A DNA stretch of 64,000 nucleotides, from the NCBI GenBank assembly GCA_046563655.1, contig CM102289.1, positions 7,564,001 through 7,628,000 on the forward strand. Reading direction: 5' to 3'. Of this stretch, positions 14,676 to 27,755 are shown one piece after another (within the stretch, counting starts at the first letter, position 1; the number at the start of each line of letters is the position of its first letter). The DNA is from Yuukianura sp. NJ FZ-2021. Lineage: Eukaryota. The notes below the pieces were generated by a model. It saw only the letters and a list, made by a program, of their open reading frames with translations, had not been told where the DNA came from and made no database searches. Position numbers and translations under genes: made by a program.

Positions 14676-17600
14676 AAAACCAATCGTGCTGTCATACCTT
14701 TCACAAAAACTGATTTCAGGCTCATAATTTAATTCATCGGAGACTCAAAACAGACAAACCAATGACGGAATTAACGTCCATTTTGCGATATTTTGTACAT
14801 TTTCAAAGTTTCGAAAAAAAAACTGACAATAAATTGGTATTTTCATATCATTTTTATAAAAACACTTTCCGTTGCTTTCAAAATTTTGAATTTTCACCTT
14901 CTTTGCTGCTTTCCAGAAAACAAAAGCCGTATTAAATATGAAAAATATAATATAATAATAAAAATTATTAAAATAATGTTATCGCGTGTATTAAGGAGGA
15001 GAGGTTATGAACAAAGAAGAGTGAAGGTTCTTTGTTCCGCTGAAGAGAGATGAGTAATGGGCGAGTGGGCAGGCGGGAAGTTTAAAATGCACAGAGGAGT
15101 CATAAAAGGAGGCTTCGAAAGAAGAAAGGAAGTGGAGCTAGGGATGTTAATTAAGCAAAGTAATCTAATCGCAATTTCCTAATCTCTCCTCCTGTCTTCA
15201 GGGAGAAAGCAAGAACAAATGAAATTTCATGAGAGCCTTTCTCCTACCCTACTTCCATCATAAACTTAAAAATTAAAAACATTCTCTCCAAATCCTCAGA
15301 ATTTCAAATAGTATCAGAAGCTTTGTTTCCCAGAATTCCTAATTTTTAGAATGAAAATGTAGGCTATGCGGTTAGATTTTGCAAAACTGAAACATCAAAA
15401 GACTTTCTCTTTTTTTCATTCTCTTTATTTTTGTTTCCTTTGTTGTAGCACGCAGAGGTTTCAGAGGGCAATAAGACACGAACTTGATTATTGGACGTGG
15501 AGATTAGACTCAAAAGAAGAGAAAGCTTTTTCTCCCGCCACTTTTCGGTTTTGAAAGGTTTATTTGACGGAAACCGGAAAGGTAGTGTACAACGGGAAAT
15601 GAAGATGAGTCAAGTTGGTGGATGGACTTGGAAGATGAAAGAAACAAGGGTGGCAGGGGCAACGGAACAAGCGTGGCAGGAACGAAGGGTGGCTGGTTAG
15701 GGTGGTTGTGCGGTTGAAGACGAAGAAAAACTTCCGAAACTTTCTCCTGCCCGGGAGTTAATTAGGCTTATTTTACCACAAGGAAGGGCGGGGAGGGAAG
15801 TGGAGGTCATCATTTTTGAAAGGAGAGGAGGAAATGACCTGCTCTTTGTTTCTTATTTTAATGGGACGCAGTAAGTCCCTGGAGACTCTCCCCAGTTAGA
15901 CTAGAAGTAATGTTTAGGTTAGGCTAATGTGGAGAAAGTGGAAGAAAGTAATAAGGCTTGAAAATTATTCAAGATCTTCTTCCTCGAGCAGCAGCATCTT
16001 CTGGCTCAACTAATAGTTACTCCCTTCAAGCGTTGTAGATCTACGTAAGATATGGAGAGAGTCCTGGAAAGGCTTCCTTCTACCGTGAAATGTAATTGTA
16101 CCCTTGATAATTCCGACTTCTACTCTCCGAGTACACGACAGGGAGCAACTTTGCTTCATAGCAAAGTACACCGTAGCCACTTTCCCACAAGAAGCCAAAA
16201 TCAGAAAGTGTCACGTCTCGCATTTGTTTTAAATTTAAATTGAACCGCCAAATTTCCCGACACGATTAAACGCTCATTCCATATAACATAACATACTCTC
16301 CGACGCAATTTTGTCATCCGTATAATCTGACAAATCTAGATTTTGTCGAAATTTTGAAAAACTGGAGTTTTTGAGTTTCAAAATTTTCTAGTGTTGGACA
16401 TCTGAAAATATGAAACTGCGCAACTTCAAGCTACTTTGAGAATCCTCGTCTCCCCTTTGCTTTCTCTCCTAATGAATTAGTCAAATGTTTAATTTGTCAT
16501 TCATTTGTTGAAATGGGATTCAAGTCAAAACTTTTTGGAGGGAGTAACTATCCGGTGACTTTGAAAGGCAGACAAGGCAAATGCGTGTGTAGTCAAGTAA
16601 AGTCGGTGGACTAGGAAGTAATTCGAGTCAAATCTAAATTAGGATGATTAAAGGAAGACGTTAGGGAGGAAAAACTTGGGAGTCTTTTGGGAATCATCAA
16701 ACGAACATTAAAAGCAGGGAAAACAGGAAAGGCCCAGTTCCCGACACGTTGCTAGGCACTTTTCCTCGTGTGCTGAGTTTACGACAAACGCACTTTACTT
16801 GCCTAACTCTAACAAAACAACTCAAATTATAAAACTAGAAGGTAACCACGACGTGTGTGACTAAAACACACAAAACAAAACTGAAAGGCTCTCGGCAGTT
16901 TTTAGAACAAGAAAGTTACTCCCTCCAGTTTATAATTACAAAACGTGCGTGGGACAGAGCAGTTGCATCAACTTCGGTCTAGAAGTTTAATGAACTAGAG
17001 GCCTGCAGCCTTTTAAAGAAAAAAGCACAAAAAGAAAAGCGATTCAGCGATCAGCGATTGGAAAGTTGCATAAAGGTTGAACTGAAATGTCAAGTGCAGG
17101 CCATGGCCCATCACTTCCCTTGTCTAGTCACTTTCCCTACGGTAGTCTGATGATGAATTCAGGGAGGGTAATGCAAGGACCCCTTTGAAACCCTGATTCC
17201 CATTACCAGCTTTCCTTTTCATCAGAATTGCTTTGTTGCTACAACGCTTTCCATCCAAAGTCCTCGTCTTCACAAAGGAAATTCCCTTGAGGGCTCTTTC
17301 TCCTCCATTCTTCGTCGTCTGCCCTTTCACTACTGCAGAGGATAAGCGGAACTTACTGCTGGTCTCTCGGCCTAACATGGAATTATAGCCTACTGGAGGT
17401 ACCTTGCAGGGAAAGTAGTTCCTAGCACACGGAATCCATCCACTTCAAGTCCAAAGTCCTAATCTAATTCACAAATGCTACCTGCAGCAAAAGACCTCCT
17501 ACTCCCTCAGAATCAATAATGAGCTTCGACGTTTTTGGTTTTGCCAAAAAAAAAATTACTTTCACCAGAAAAAAAAACTTTACTTTTTGTAAGTCCAAGC

Positions 17601-20600
17601 GCTGCGCCGCTGAAGCTGCTCAATGCGGCTGAACCGCTACAGAATGGAACGGAATTCACATCGTGGAAAAAAAACGTGCGCTAAATCAAAATTCAAAAAA
17701 AAAGTGGTGTGTTACTTTTTTGAATTTTGAAAATTCAATTTTTTGAAAACCGAAAAAAAATGTGGTTTTTTCAATGTACTCAACTGGAGCAAACCTATGA
17801 ATTAATTCCAGCAGTTAGAATCTTTTTCTTTAAAAATGTTAAATGGATATTTCGTAAATTTTGAAGTTTGTATAAATGAATTTACGTTTAGAAGTTAAAT
17901 TTTTTTCAAAGAAGTTGTTTTGAATTGTGTGCGAATGGAAACATATGCTAGGCTCTTAAGTTTCACCCTAACTTTTCCATCATGTTTCTGTTGAATGGTT
18001 CGATGTTCCATCGTGTTCCACCATTGTTGGATGTTGAATGAAGCGAGAGGCCGTGTCAGAGAGGATATTTGTCACTGGTTCCAAGGAAATGGAAGACGGG
18101 GCAATAAGTGTCGACGTGGATTAACTCACCACCGCTAGTACAGTTACTTCCAATCCCCGCAGCATGTCTTCCTCTACCACTATTGAATAATATTTCATGC
18201 CTCCCTGCCTTCTTCAAAAGAAAATGAAAGTCCAGACTCTCTTTTTCCAAAATTGACTCTTTTCATTCCCAAAAGTCATTTTCTGCTTTCACCAAAAAAA
18301 AGAGGAGGAGGAGGCTGATTAAGCAGTTATTTTTGGTTAGCTTGAAAAAAATCTAGAGAAAGTGGCTGGAGCTTTTAGTCTCTAACGGTCTAATTCCTAC
18401 TTTCCGGGATTCTAATAGCTGTTACCCGGGAGAAATAAAATTGGGATTTAGGGTGGAAAACTGTGACGGAGGACAAAAGAAGTCTAATTACACGTAGGGA
18501 AAAGGGCGCGTTTTTCAAATGTTCGGAAAAGTCTCTCTCCCTCCATCAGAGACACATCCTTCTTCGTCATCATCCCTCGTACAGTGTTCAAACATGGGTG
18601 TACAAATTGGATTTTTTGTAGGTTTCGCTTTTCTACTGTACCGCTGGTGATTAATTTGGGAAAAAGTTAGGATTTGAGAGAAAACCTAGAGATCCGGCTG
18701 TGGCTTTCACTTTTTTTGAATTTTTCTCGCCTACGAGACTTTCACTTACAATAATAATCCCAGTAGATTCTTTCAAGTTTGTCTGAGAAATTTCGTGTCA
18801 ACTTTTTTCTTTTTCTCTACTTTCATTTTTTCTGAGTAAACTTGTGTCAAGGTTGTTAGTTTTTTCTTGGTTTTCCAAAAATCATAACGCTGAAAGTGTT
18901 TTTGAAGACTTCAAAGAAACTTTTTCTTTAGAAAGTAATTGGAGAGTGGGAGACGCAAGAGATGGTTCGTCTTAAGACTAAAACGCTCAGTATAAGTACG
19001 GCCAAAGGCCATTCTTAGTTTTGCAATTTTGTTAATGGATGGGATGGTTAGGTTATGCTTTTTTTGAATGTTAGAGTTACTATAAGGTGAAAGTTAGGAA
19101 ACATGTCTGGCAAAGGTAACGTCTTTTTGTGAATTCTGGAGAGAAAGTTCAAGAGCTTTTGAACTTGATTATAAAAAATTGAATTTGAAAAATGACTGAT
19201 TTCTGATATTCGTAGGCGGGAGAGAAAGTTTTTGAAGAGGGAGACTCTTTTTTTTGAAAGATGGGACAATGGGAAGATGGTGCGGGAAGATAAAGTCAGC
19301 AAATTAGACGCCTTTTTGGTTTCCATTGAAGCGATTACTTACACTTCCGCGGGAAGATAGGAAAAAAGAAGGATTTTACACAGTTTCTACCCGGACACTA
19401 ATACGACACGACCTTAACTTTTTTTGGTTCTGGTGCTTTCTCTATCTTGCTTTTGTCTGTACCACACTAGGATCCAATTGAGCCAGAGTCAGAAGGACGC
19501 TGATCCTCTTTTCCAATCCCATGTAATACCCGCCACTTTCTTCCTTCATCCACCAATTTCAGCAGCTTCTTATCCAATTCACCACCAAATCCTTCCGAAA
19601 GGCTCCCTTTAAATGGCTTCTAAGGCACAAAAGCTACTTTCAACTTCCCTTCATTTCTTAGAGTCTCCCTTCATCCAATCAAGTCTTTACCACTTACTAG
19701 CTCTAGGCATTCTCCCGCCATTTTTTAAGAAAACTTTTGTTGAAACAATTCTAACAAGTTATTCAAATCACGTCGGAAAGTTTCTTTTCTGTTCGGCATT
19801 TCAAATTTTATAGCTGAAATCATACAGTATTTGTAGAAATTTTGAGTGAAAGAGTGAAATTTTGGGAGGAATTGCGCAATAGCTGCAGAAATTTTTCGGT
19901 ATGTCACTAGAAGGCAGTAGTTTTAATTAACAACTTGCATGACCTTGATTGCTAAATTTTGAATTTTAGAAATATTTTTTTTTAAGTTTTACATTTTTTT
20001 TAGTTTGAACTTGAAACGAGAAGGCTTTTAAGCTGTCTAAATTTAAATTTGGAAAAAGTGACATTATTTTGTCATAAGATTCCCCCTACTTTTGCATTTG
20101 GTTTCTCCCTTACTGCCACCATTCACCCTTCAGTGTCTGTCCCATGTCACATTAGAGTTTCATTACCAAGTTTTCTTTGCCCCACCGCAAAAGCATCTCC
20201 GTTCCCCTCTGCTGCTGCTACATTTCGTTTGTGAACATTATTCATAAGGAGAAAGTGCTAATGCTAATAATAGGAAGAGGGAGAGACCGTTATCATTTCC
20301 CGGCCTTCTTTCAAAAGACACCCAACTGAGCCTTGTGCCATCAAAATAGAAAGCAAAAGTGAAAGTGACGTTGGCTGCACTCAATAAAGAAAGGACGACC
20401 GCTGAATCCAATTTTATTAGGAACGCTGACACTCCTGTCTATTATCCTCCGTCAGATACTTAATTTTGATGAGGTTCACCCCTAACAAGCTTCATCCCAC
20501 GACACGGCAACTGTCACCAAACAAAAGGATTAGCACTAGTCACACTTTCACTTTTACGGCACCGTTCACACCGTGCGTGAAGATTTCACGGCGCGAACGA

Positions 20601-22497
20601 GAAGTTTCAAACGTATGACGGCGCTAACTTCACTCGATAATAAAAGTTTCAATTCCAATTAGGTTAATGCTGTTTTTAAAAATTTAAAATTTGAAGAATT
20701 TTGAAAAAGGAATTTTAGCCTCACTCTATCTCAAACCTCAAGAAAAAAGTTTAGCGCTGAAAATTTCTCCTCACTCTCTCCTTTTTGGAAATTTTTTGAA
20801 AATTTTTACACCAATTTTTCATGTTATTGTTTTATTGCTCATTTACAATATTTCCTTTGAAGATGGCTACATAATATGTACAGTGTTAAACATACTGTAT
20901 ACGACTATAACTGAAAGTGACAACACTCACATGCAAACAGTTTTAACACAGAAGTTGGAAATATTTACATGTAAACTAATTTATATATCTTGTAATTTTT
21001 TATATTTACAGTTCTTTTTAGTTAGTCAGAGTTAACACAGAGAAAGAAAGTCAATAACGTGTATAACATTTACAAAAATATATACAAAATATGTTAGGTC
21101 TACATGAGGGACACACTATTACTAAGAAACGTTTGAACTAACGTTGAAACTAAGACGGACTACAACAATTCCTACGAGCAGCAGTTTTAACTGCTAAGTA
21201 CTTTGAAACACACGACTTTTGACCTTTGACCTTCAACATTCTACAGACGACTAAGAGACATTACTATAGTAAGTACTCCATGACTAGAAAGTACTCTCCG
21301 AGTTGAACATGGCAACCTTTAAGAATTCAACCGAGGGCTAGTTTAACCTTTTAACTTTAGATTTTAACTTAAGTTTAATTGAAATGTTTAATTATGATAC
21401 AATCGGGAAGAGGAACTGAAGCCCCGAAGGGCCTTCGAAGTCTCCTGTCCCTTGACCTTGAGATCTTTGGATTGATATGCTTGATTCACCGTCACAAGGT
21501 CAACTCCATTACCCCTTGGGGAAAGAGTGACCTTGATGAGGTAGGCTTAACCTATGACCTTGACCTAACTTTGATACATGTACTTGATATATATGCTTCT
21601 GATATGCTTACGACTTCACTTGAAGTGTAATTACACTTTTGACAAAACACGTTTGATATGTATATTTTTCTTGGTTGACTCAAAGGTTGACATCGATATG
21701 CACCCAACTCAAGTAATTGAACAATGATTAAAATAATAAATTATATAAATTGTATAATTATATACAATTAAGTGTTTTGGAAATTAAATGATCATTACTA
21801 CATTCTCGCAAAATCAAGAGGAAATTTGATACATTTTAACAGAACTAACGGCAAAAGCTAAAACAAGCATTTGTTATAACAGGAATAAATATTTTGAAAA
21901 TTCGAATTTGTAACTTAACATTTTTCATAAAAACGTTAGTAATTCTAAGCAACATTTAGTAAGGTAATTGATAATTAACTTTAATTTACTTTTAACTCTA
22001 ATTCATTAACTAGGTATTATCCATTTCAGCCACAGCCTTCGGAATTTTCATTTTTAGAAAATTCATGTTTTATAATCGGTGCAACTCGTTTCAAAATTTT
22101 CAAATTTCGATTTTCTCATGGGTTTTGATTTTTTAAATTTCTCGGCGTAGTACCAATCAGGAAAAAAAAATTAAAAATTGTCCAAGTTTCTTCAAATTTA
22201 CATAAAAACGTTTAAATTTTTTTTTTCACCGAATCGGTTTCTGTTTTGCTTAAAACAATTTTTACCGGGAAATTAGCACCTTGCACCGCAATTGTGTTTT
22301 TTTTTGTTAAAATTTTCACTTTTTGTATAAAAATTCTGCTAAATTTTTTCTACGTTTTTGAATGGTTTGTCTATAAAGTGGGAGTGAAAGTTAGTTTTTA
22401 CTATGAGTTTTTTTTAACATAACTTACATACTCTAACGTTACGGACGAGTATCCAGGATAAACAGAATGTAGTTAAGAAGGTGTTAATTTTTAAGCT

Positions 22498-24282
22498 CTA
22501 ATTGGACCTAAATGGGTTCCCACCTTCTCCGCCCCCACCCGATGGCGGCATATTTTTGAACGGGTTGAAAGTATTTTGATCTGAACTATTGGAATAGTTA
22601 GGTTGGGCGTGGTGTTGCGCCTGTGTGTAGTGGGAACTAGTACTGGAAGGCCCATTGGCTTTGATTGTATTAATTTCTCGATCACTAATACTCGTTTCCT
22701 TGAACGTCACCCGCTGACCCCCACCTCCCCCGCCCCCAAACTCATCTTCATCATCTTCTGCTCCCAGTCTTCCATATTTCTTGGAATAGTCAGGAACTAC
22801 TTTCCGATCCTGCATGGCATACGTTTGATAAGTTTTGTCTGGTGGATCCTTCATCATAATGTTAGCTTCATCCATGAAGCCTTTGTCATAGATGTGACGG
22901 AGCATGAACAGAAGAGGGACATAGGCTAAGTTAGTCACTGCAATGATGATATTTAGTCCTAGAAATCCTACTGATTCAATTACTCTTCCAGCAATTACCG
23001 GTCCAAATGCATATGCAAACGAGTAGGAAATGTCTGCAATGGCATAGATACTTCCATAAACGGAAACATACCGTAAGTCAACCAAGTAGCCCAGAGTAGG
23101 AAGCAGGGCCGTATCGACCAGAGCAATGCCAAAACAAATTCCTGAAATGGGAATGATGAGAACCCAATAGGATTTGGCAAAGGGGACCATAAGGGAACAG
23201 ACCCCTTCAAGGGCCAGTCCTGCTCCGGCAATAATCCACTGATACTGGGGATACTGCGCAGCAGTTCTCACGGTCACGACGACTCCAAGTACATGTGGAA
23301 AGAACGCTGGAAACCAAATCATGCCTTGTTGCCACTGTGTTGCATTCATTGTATCCATCATCCAGACACTAATTGTAGGTTCCAGGAATGCTAGAGAGAC
23401 GTTGGCCATAATAAGGGCTCCGGAACAAACGGCAATGTAAGGGTCCATGAACAGGACCCATATGGGGGTACCCTTAGGATGCTGAATTCCTTGCTCTTTT
23501 TGCTGTTTCTTGATGGGTCTCATCACAAGCCAGAGCATGATGCCGTCAATGAGGCAAACGAGAGACAAAATTAAAAATGGAACTTCTTTTCCCGCCATTT
23601 CGTACATGAGACCTCCGAATGGTGGCGCCACTAGACAGCCAAATGAAATGAAGGCAAGGGCTATGCCAAGGGCTTTGGATCTCTCAGCTTCTTCTGTATA
23701 AACTGAAGCTATCATGGCCAGTCCAGAAGTGTCAGCAAATGCTGATCCCACCCCTTGAAGACTTCGGGCAAAAAATAAGACGCTATAAGATGAACCAATG
23801 GCAAAAACGGCTGTTGAGAAGAACATAATTGTTAAACCAATCATCATCGGTTTGTCGTAGCCAATTCGATCAATTAATGCCCCCGAAAATGGATTAATCA
23901 TCAACTGAATCATGGCTTTCGATGCAAATAGAACTCCAATTGCAGCATCTTCCCCCTCATAAACTGTTACACCATTGATGAGTTTAGTTTTTCTAGATCC
24001 TTCTGTGTAAGTAAAATTCCCAGTTGAATTTGTAAATGTTATGGTTCTCGATGGTTCAGTAACGGCTTCTCCTCCTTCCAAATGTGTTTCCCATGAACCG
24101 ATCCTGCGCAGATAGTCGGGTATAATCGGAACAATGACCATGTAGAGCATGTTGTCCAACAATAAAGCAATTGCGACTATGACCAAAACCAATTTTTTCT
24201 GGGCCGTTTGATCTTCCAGTTTAGTCAAAATGAAATCCTTGACCTCCGCGATCTCCAAATTCAAAATAGGAACTTGCGGCAT
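22498..24282 (-). CDS. VAChT: vesicular acetylcholine transporter (SLC18A3, MFS), single coding exon
   Basis: 594-aa uninterrupted ORF with ALLLDNMLYMVIVPIIP, FASKAM.QL..NPFSG..IDRIGY, ARSLQGVGSAFADTSG, YVSVYGSIYAIADISYS. Lies upstream of the ChAT coding exons on the same strand. Confidence 0.97.
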   Translation of the reverse strand: MPQVPILNLEIAEVKDFILTKLEDQTAQKKLVLVIVAIALLLDNMLYMVIVPIIPDYLRRIGSWETHLEGGEAVTEPSRTITFTNSTGNFTYTEGSRKTKLINGVTVYEGEDAAIGVLFASKAMIQLMINPFSGALIDRIGYDKPMMIGLTIMFFSTAVFAIGSSYSVLFFARSLQGVGSAFADTSGLAMIASVYTEEAERSKALGIALAFISFGCLVAPPFGGLMYEMAGKEVPFLILSLVCLIDGIMLWLVMRPIKKQQKEQGIQHPKGTPIWVLFMDPYIAVCSGALIMANVSLAFLEPTISVWMMDTMNATQWQQGMIWFPAFFPHVLGVVVTVRTAAQYPQYQWIIAGAGLALEGVCSLMVPFAKSYWVLIIPISGICFGIALVDTALLPTLGYLVDLRYVSVYGSIYAIADISYSFAYAFGPVIAGRVIESVGFLGLNIIIAVTNLAYVPLLFMLRHIYDKGFMDEANIMMKDPPDKTYQTYAMQDRKVVPDYSKKYGRLGAEDDEDEFGGGGGGGQRVTFKETSISDREINTIKANGPSSTSSHYTQAQHHAQPNYSNSSDQNTFNPFKNMPPSGGGGEGGNPFRSN

Positions 24283-25137
24283 TTTTAAAATTTTGTTAAA
24301 CTTGATTTCCCTGGAGAAAGTTTACGGTAACGGCTACCCGGCGGTGGAGTTTGAAAAAAATATAATTATTTTTTGAATTTTGATTGGAAATGTAAATTTT
24401 TTGGATTAATTTTTCAGTGTGTGGAACACCAGTTCGAATCCCCGGAAGAGAGAAAATTATCACCCGGCGGGAAAAAGTAATCAGGAGCGAGAGAGAGGGA
24501 AATCCTGGATTGAATCTAATTCGATTTCAGTTTTGGTGTAACGATTGTGATGGGACTGAGAATAAAACGGGAAGGAAAATTTGGAAGCAAAAAAAAAGTT
24601 TTGAAAAAAACGACACACGAGTGGAGGGAAAATCGAACTGTGAAAAACAGAAGCGAAAATGTTATTCGTTTTTCTTTCGGTTCCGAAAAACTGTGAGACA
24701 GAAACTGAATTTCTCCGGGGAATTTTTCTGTTTCGGGAGAAAGTGGAAATGAGAAAAATAAATATTAGTGCTGACTTTCACGTTTCGGTTGAAGTCGAAG
24801 AAAAAAAAGTTTGTCGTAGGTTCGAATCTCCCCCTCCTTCTTTTTTCTTAACGTCGTTTGATGACTTGTTTCAGGTGTAGACACGAACGAAAAAAAAGTT
24901 GAGGCTTGGTGGATTCGAATCCAAATCCTGGAGTTAACTTGATTAAGGAAGACGGAGTAGGCTGAAGATGATGAAAAGTTTTTGGATTCTGCGCGATGAC
25001 AGTTGATGTTTTCTTGTTCTAATTAAATTGTTTCCATTTGTTTGTAGTTTAATTGGATGTTAGACGTTGAAGTTGTTCTATTCTTTTTAAGTCCTTATGC
25101 ACACAGCGTCTGAACTTTCCCCTGAACATCACCATCC

Positions 25138-25370
25138 TTTTCCCCTCTGCCTTCGCTTCGCTTCAATCACTCAACCTTTTCCAATATCATCTCTGTCCTC
25201 CTAGGGAAATCAAAAAAGAGACAATTTTTGTACAGTTTATCAAAAAGAGACAATTTTTGTAGTTTTTCAAAAAGAGAGACAAGTTTTGTACAATCCAATT
25301 AAAATCTTAATTTTCAAAAACAATTATACAAACCGTGGAGGTAGAAACGAAGCGAAGGTGTGAGGGAAGT
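25138..25370. mobile_element. degenerate MITE-like element with internal tandem repeats
   Basis: TTCCCCTCTGCCTTCGCTTCGCTTC at ~25140 is an imperfect inverted repeat of GAAACGAAGCGAAGGTGTGAGGGAA at ~25345. Three copies of AAAAGAGACAA(T/G)TTTTGTA lie between. A similar solo end occurs at ~30993-31020. Confidence 0.45.
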
Positions 25371-27664
25371 ACATAGTAAAAGAGCAGTTTCAAGCAAAAC
25401 CAACAAACACTAGGTTTGTTCCTAGAGCTAAATTTAGATTTTTCCCGCTTTTTCTATACAAAACAGCCTTTTCCGTTCCCACCGATCAATTATTGAGTGA
25501 CCTCAGTTGGTAGTGACGCACACTTATTTGAAAAGTCCCGGGTTCGGAATACGAGTGATATGAAAAGAAAGTATAACTTAGAGAACCATTAGATTAAGGG
25601 GAAGGGAAGTGTTGCGTGACGAAGGGCCGTCTCACGACATTCTGAACGTGAAGAACATAAGTTCAGCTCAGGTATTGATTCAAAAGTTCCCTTCTGCCCA
25701 ACTCCACTTTCATGCCTGCAAAGTTTTCCAAGGGAAAAACAGTGTGGGAGAAAGTTTCTGTTTTTACAACATCACACAATTCCAGGTGAATTTCAAATTT
25801 TCTAATTTTAACTTCATAGGAAAACTTGTTTTTCTTAACCAACGCCCACCACGACGCGTTCGTTTTCCAATTCGGAAATTTTCGACACAAAACGACAAAC
25901 TTTCTCTCACGCAACTTGAGTTGCCTTAACTTTCAATACGGTAAAAACCAAAATATAATTGCAAAAAAAATCAAAAGGAAAAAGTTTTTCCAAGATTCAG
26001 GTTTCGCATAAAACGTCGCGGCAAATAATTTCTTGTGCAAAGTTTCACTTTGGAGCAAAAAATTTCGAAATTCGTCTTCTTCTTCTTGTAAAGTGATGCC
26101 TAAATTATTTAACGCTGTCAAAAATCCTAAGCTAAACGTCACGTTAGCTTTTACGTCTAGTGAATTATTTAATACACAAACATCGCCAAACGTTGCGCAA
26201 CTAAAAACCTCCTTATAGGAACAAAATGTCAAATGTTAAGCTAAAGAAAAGCTTTCACCGACTTAAACTTCAAAATTCTAAATGTCAAAGTAGAGCCAAA
26301 CCTCCATTGCCTAACTTTTGCAAATTAAATTTTCCCGACAGGAAAAAAGTTAGAGCTGCCAAAATCCATATTTTAGCTTAACATTTATTCTAAGCACCAA
26401 AAGAGAAAACCTAGGCACAATGAAAAGTGGGTAGTCATGGGAAAGGACACAACTGGAGTGCACGGAAAGTTCAAATTATGGGGTTGTCAAAGCCTAGCCT
26501 CGAGGTTAGCTCTCACCAAAATTGGTTCTAGGAAGGGTTGAAGTAGGGCTGTCCTTGGTTGAAGTAAGGCTAAAAGTTGGTTGAAATTCTGTATAGGTTA
26601 GGTAGCGTCTAGTTTCTAGCCAGATCATGTTCTGATTACATTAGGAGCCTCAGAAGTTTATCTTTCCACTTTCACCAGAAAAGAGATCCAAAACCATACT
26701 GTGGTGGCCTATGTGACCCAAAAGCATCAATATTTTTTCTAACCTCCCCTCATGACGTTATAACGTATTGTCTTGTGTCTTGCACAAGGAAAATGATGAG
26801 TTCGAGCTTTAGGTTAGGCGGGATGATGATGAAGATGGATTTTTGTTTCGTAGTCTTACAGGGGGTGCATGGGTTCGCTTCTTATACTCCCTCCGTCGTT
26901 GTGCTGATTGCTTCAGATGTGAGGGGAATTAATCAGACGGAACTTTCCCAGAGGGAATTTCAAAATTCAGGACCAAAATCAACCGTACACACCCTTAAAC
27001 CATTTTGCTTTCTCTTTTTTTTTCTTTTTCGATGAACAAGATTTCTTTTGTTCTTGTTAATGGGAGGCAGTGAACCTCGTTTAACTTCTTTTAGAAAAGA
27101 AAAGAGAAAAAGAGCGGGAAAATTTAAAAAACAAAGACGGAACGCTTTGAGCCACAACGTTGGTTAGACGGACCCCACCCCCCTCTTCCTCTAGTCCCCC
27201 CCCCTCTCTTCTGAAACGTTGAAGGGGGGGGGGCTAAATTCAAAAGTACAAAGTTGTAGAAACGTGTGTTTGATGATGTCCTTGATTAGATCAAGAGATG
27301 GAATTGAAAATTCAAAATTTAGCAAGCGATTTGGAAGATGCGGAGAAGCTGCGAGGGGAAACGAAAATCCAATCTTCCTATTTAATTTTCTCAAACATCA
27401 AAATGGTTATGAATGTAACTCAAAGTTCCATTTCGAAACAGTTTCAAAGCTTTCCAGTACTTTGGCAAAAGTTATACAAAACTTGTTCCATTTACAAACA
27501 AGATTCAAAAACAATTTTCACAACTTTGGTCCTCCTCTCAGCAGGAGTAAACATAATTTTACACCAACTTTGAGGGAAAAAATGTTTAGGAAAACAAGAT
27601 TATGCGGGGAAAGTTGTTGCATAACTCTTTTGCTCGTTTTGGTGATGGAGTTTCGGAGATAATT

Positions 27665-27755
27665 GGATGGCCACCCGTGGGTGGCGGTAGGATTTAAGCT
27701 TCAAAATGAAAACACCGCTGCGGCGGTTTTCATTTTGACGGTGGGCCAGCCATCC
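27665..27755. repeat. short palindromic element (MITE relic)
   Basis: GGATGGC..GCCATCC ends, GCCACCC-GT-GGGTGGC hairpin, and a 13-bp perfect stem TCAAAATGAAAAC (27701-27713) / GTTTTCATTTTGA (27726-27738). Confidence 0.5.

Noticed and set aside
18985..19020. GGCC-AAA-GGCC hairpin followed by CTTAGT, like a Helitron 3' end
   Set aside because: The stem is too short, and no matching 5' end or clear second copy was found.
22491..23701. ORFs overlapping VAChT, and similar ones over ChAT, MscL, thaumatin and lysozyme
   Set aside because: Shadow frames of real coding sequence.
24425..25560. B-box-like GTTCGAATC motifs (~24432, ~24820, ~24913) and an A/B-box relic at ~25498-25550
   Set aside because: No cloverleaf can be drawn. 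At most decayed SINE fragments.
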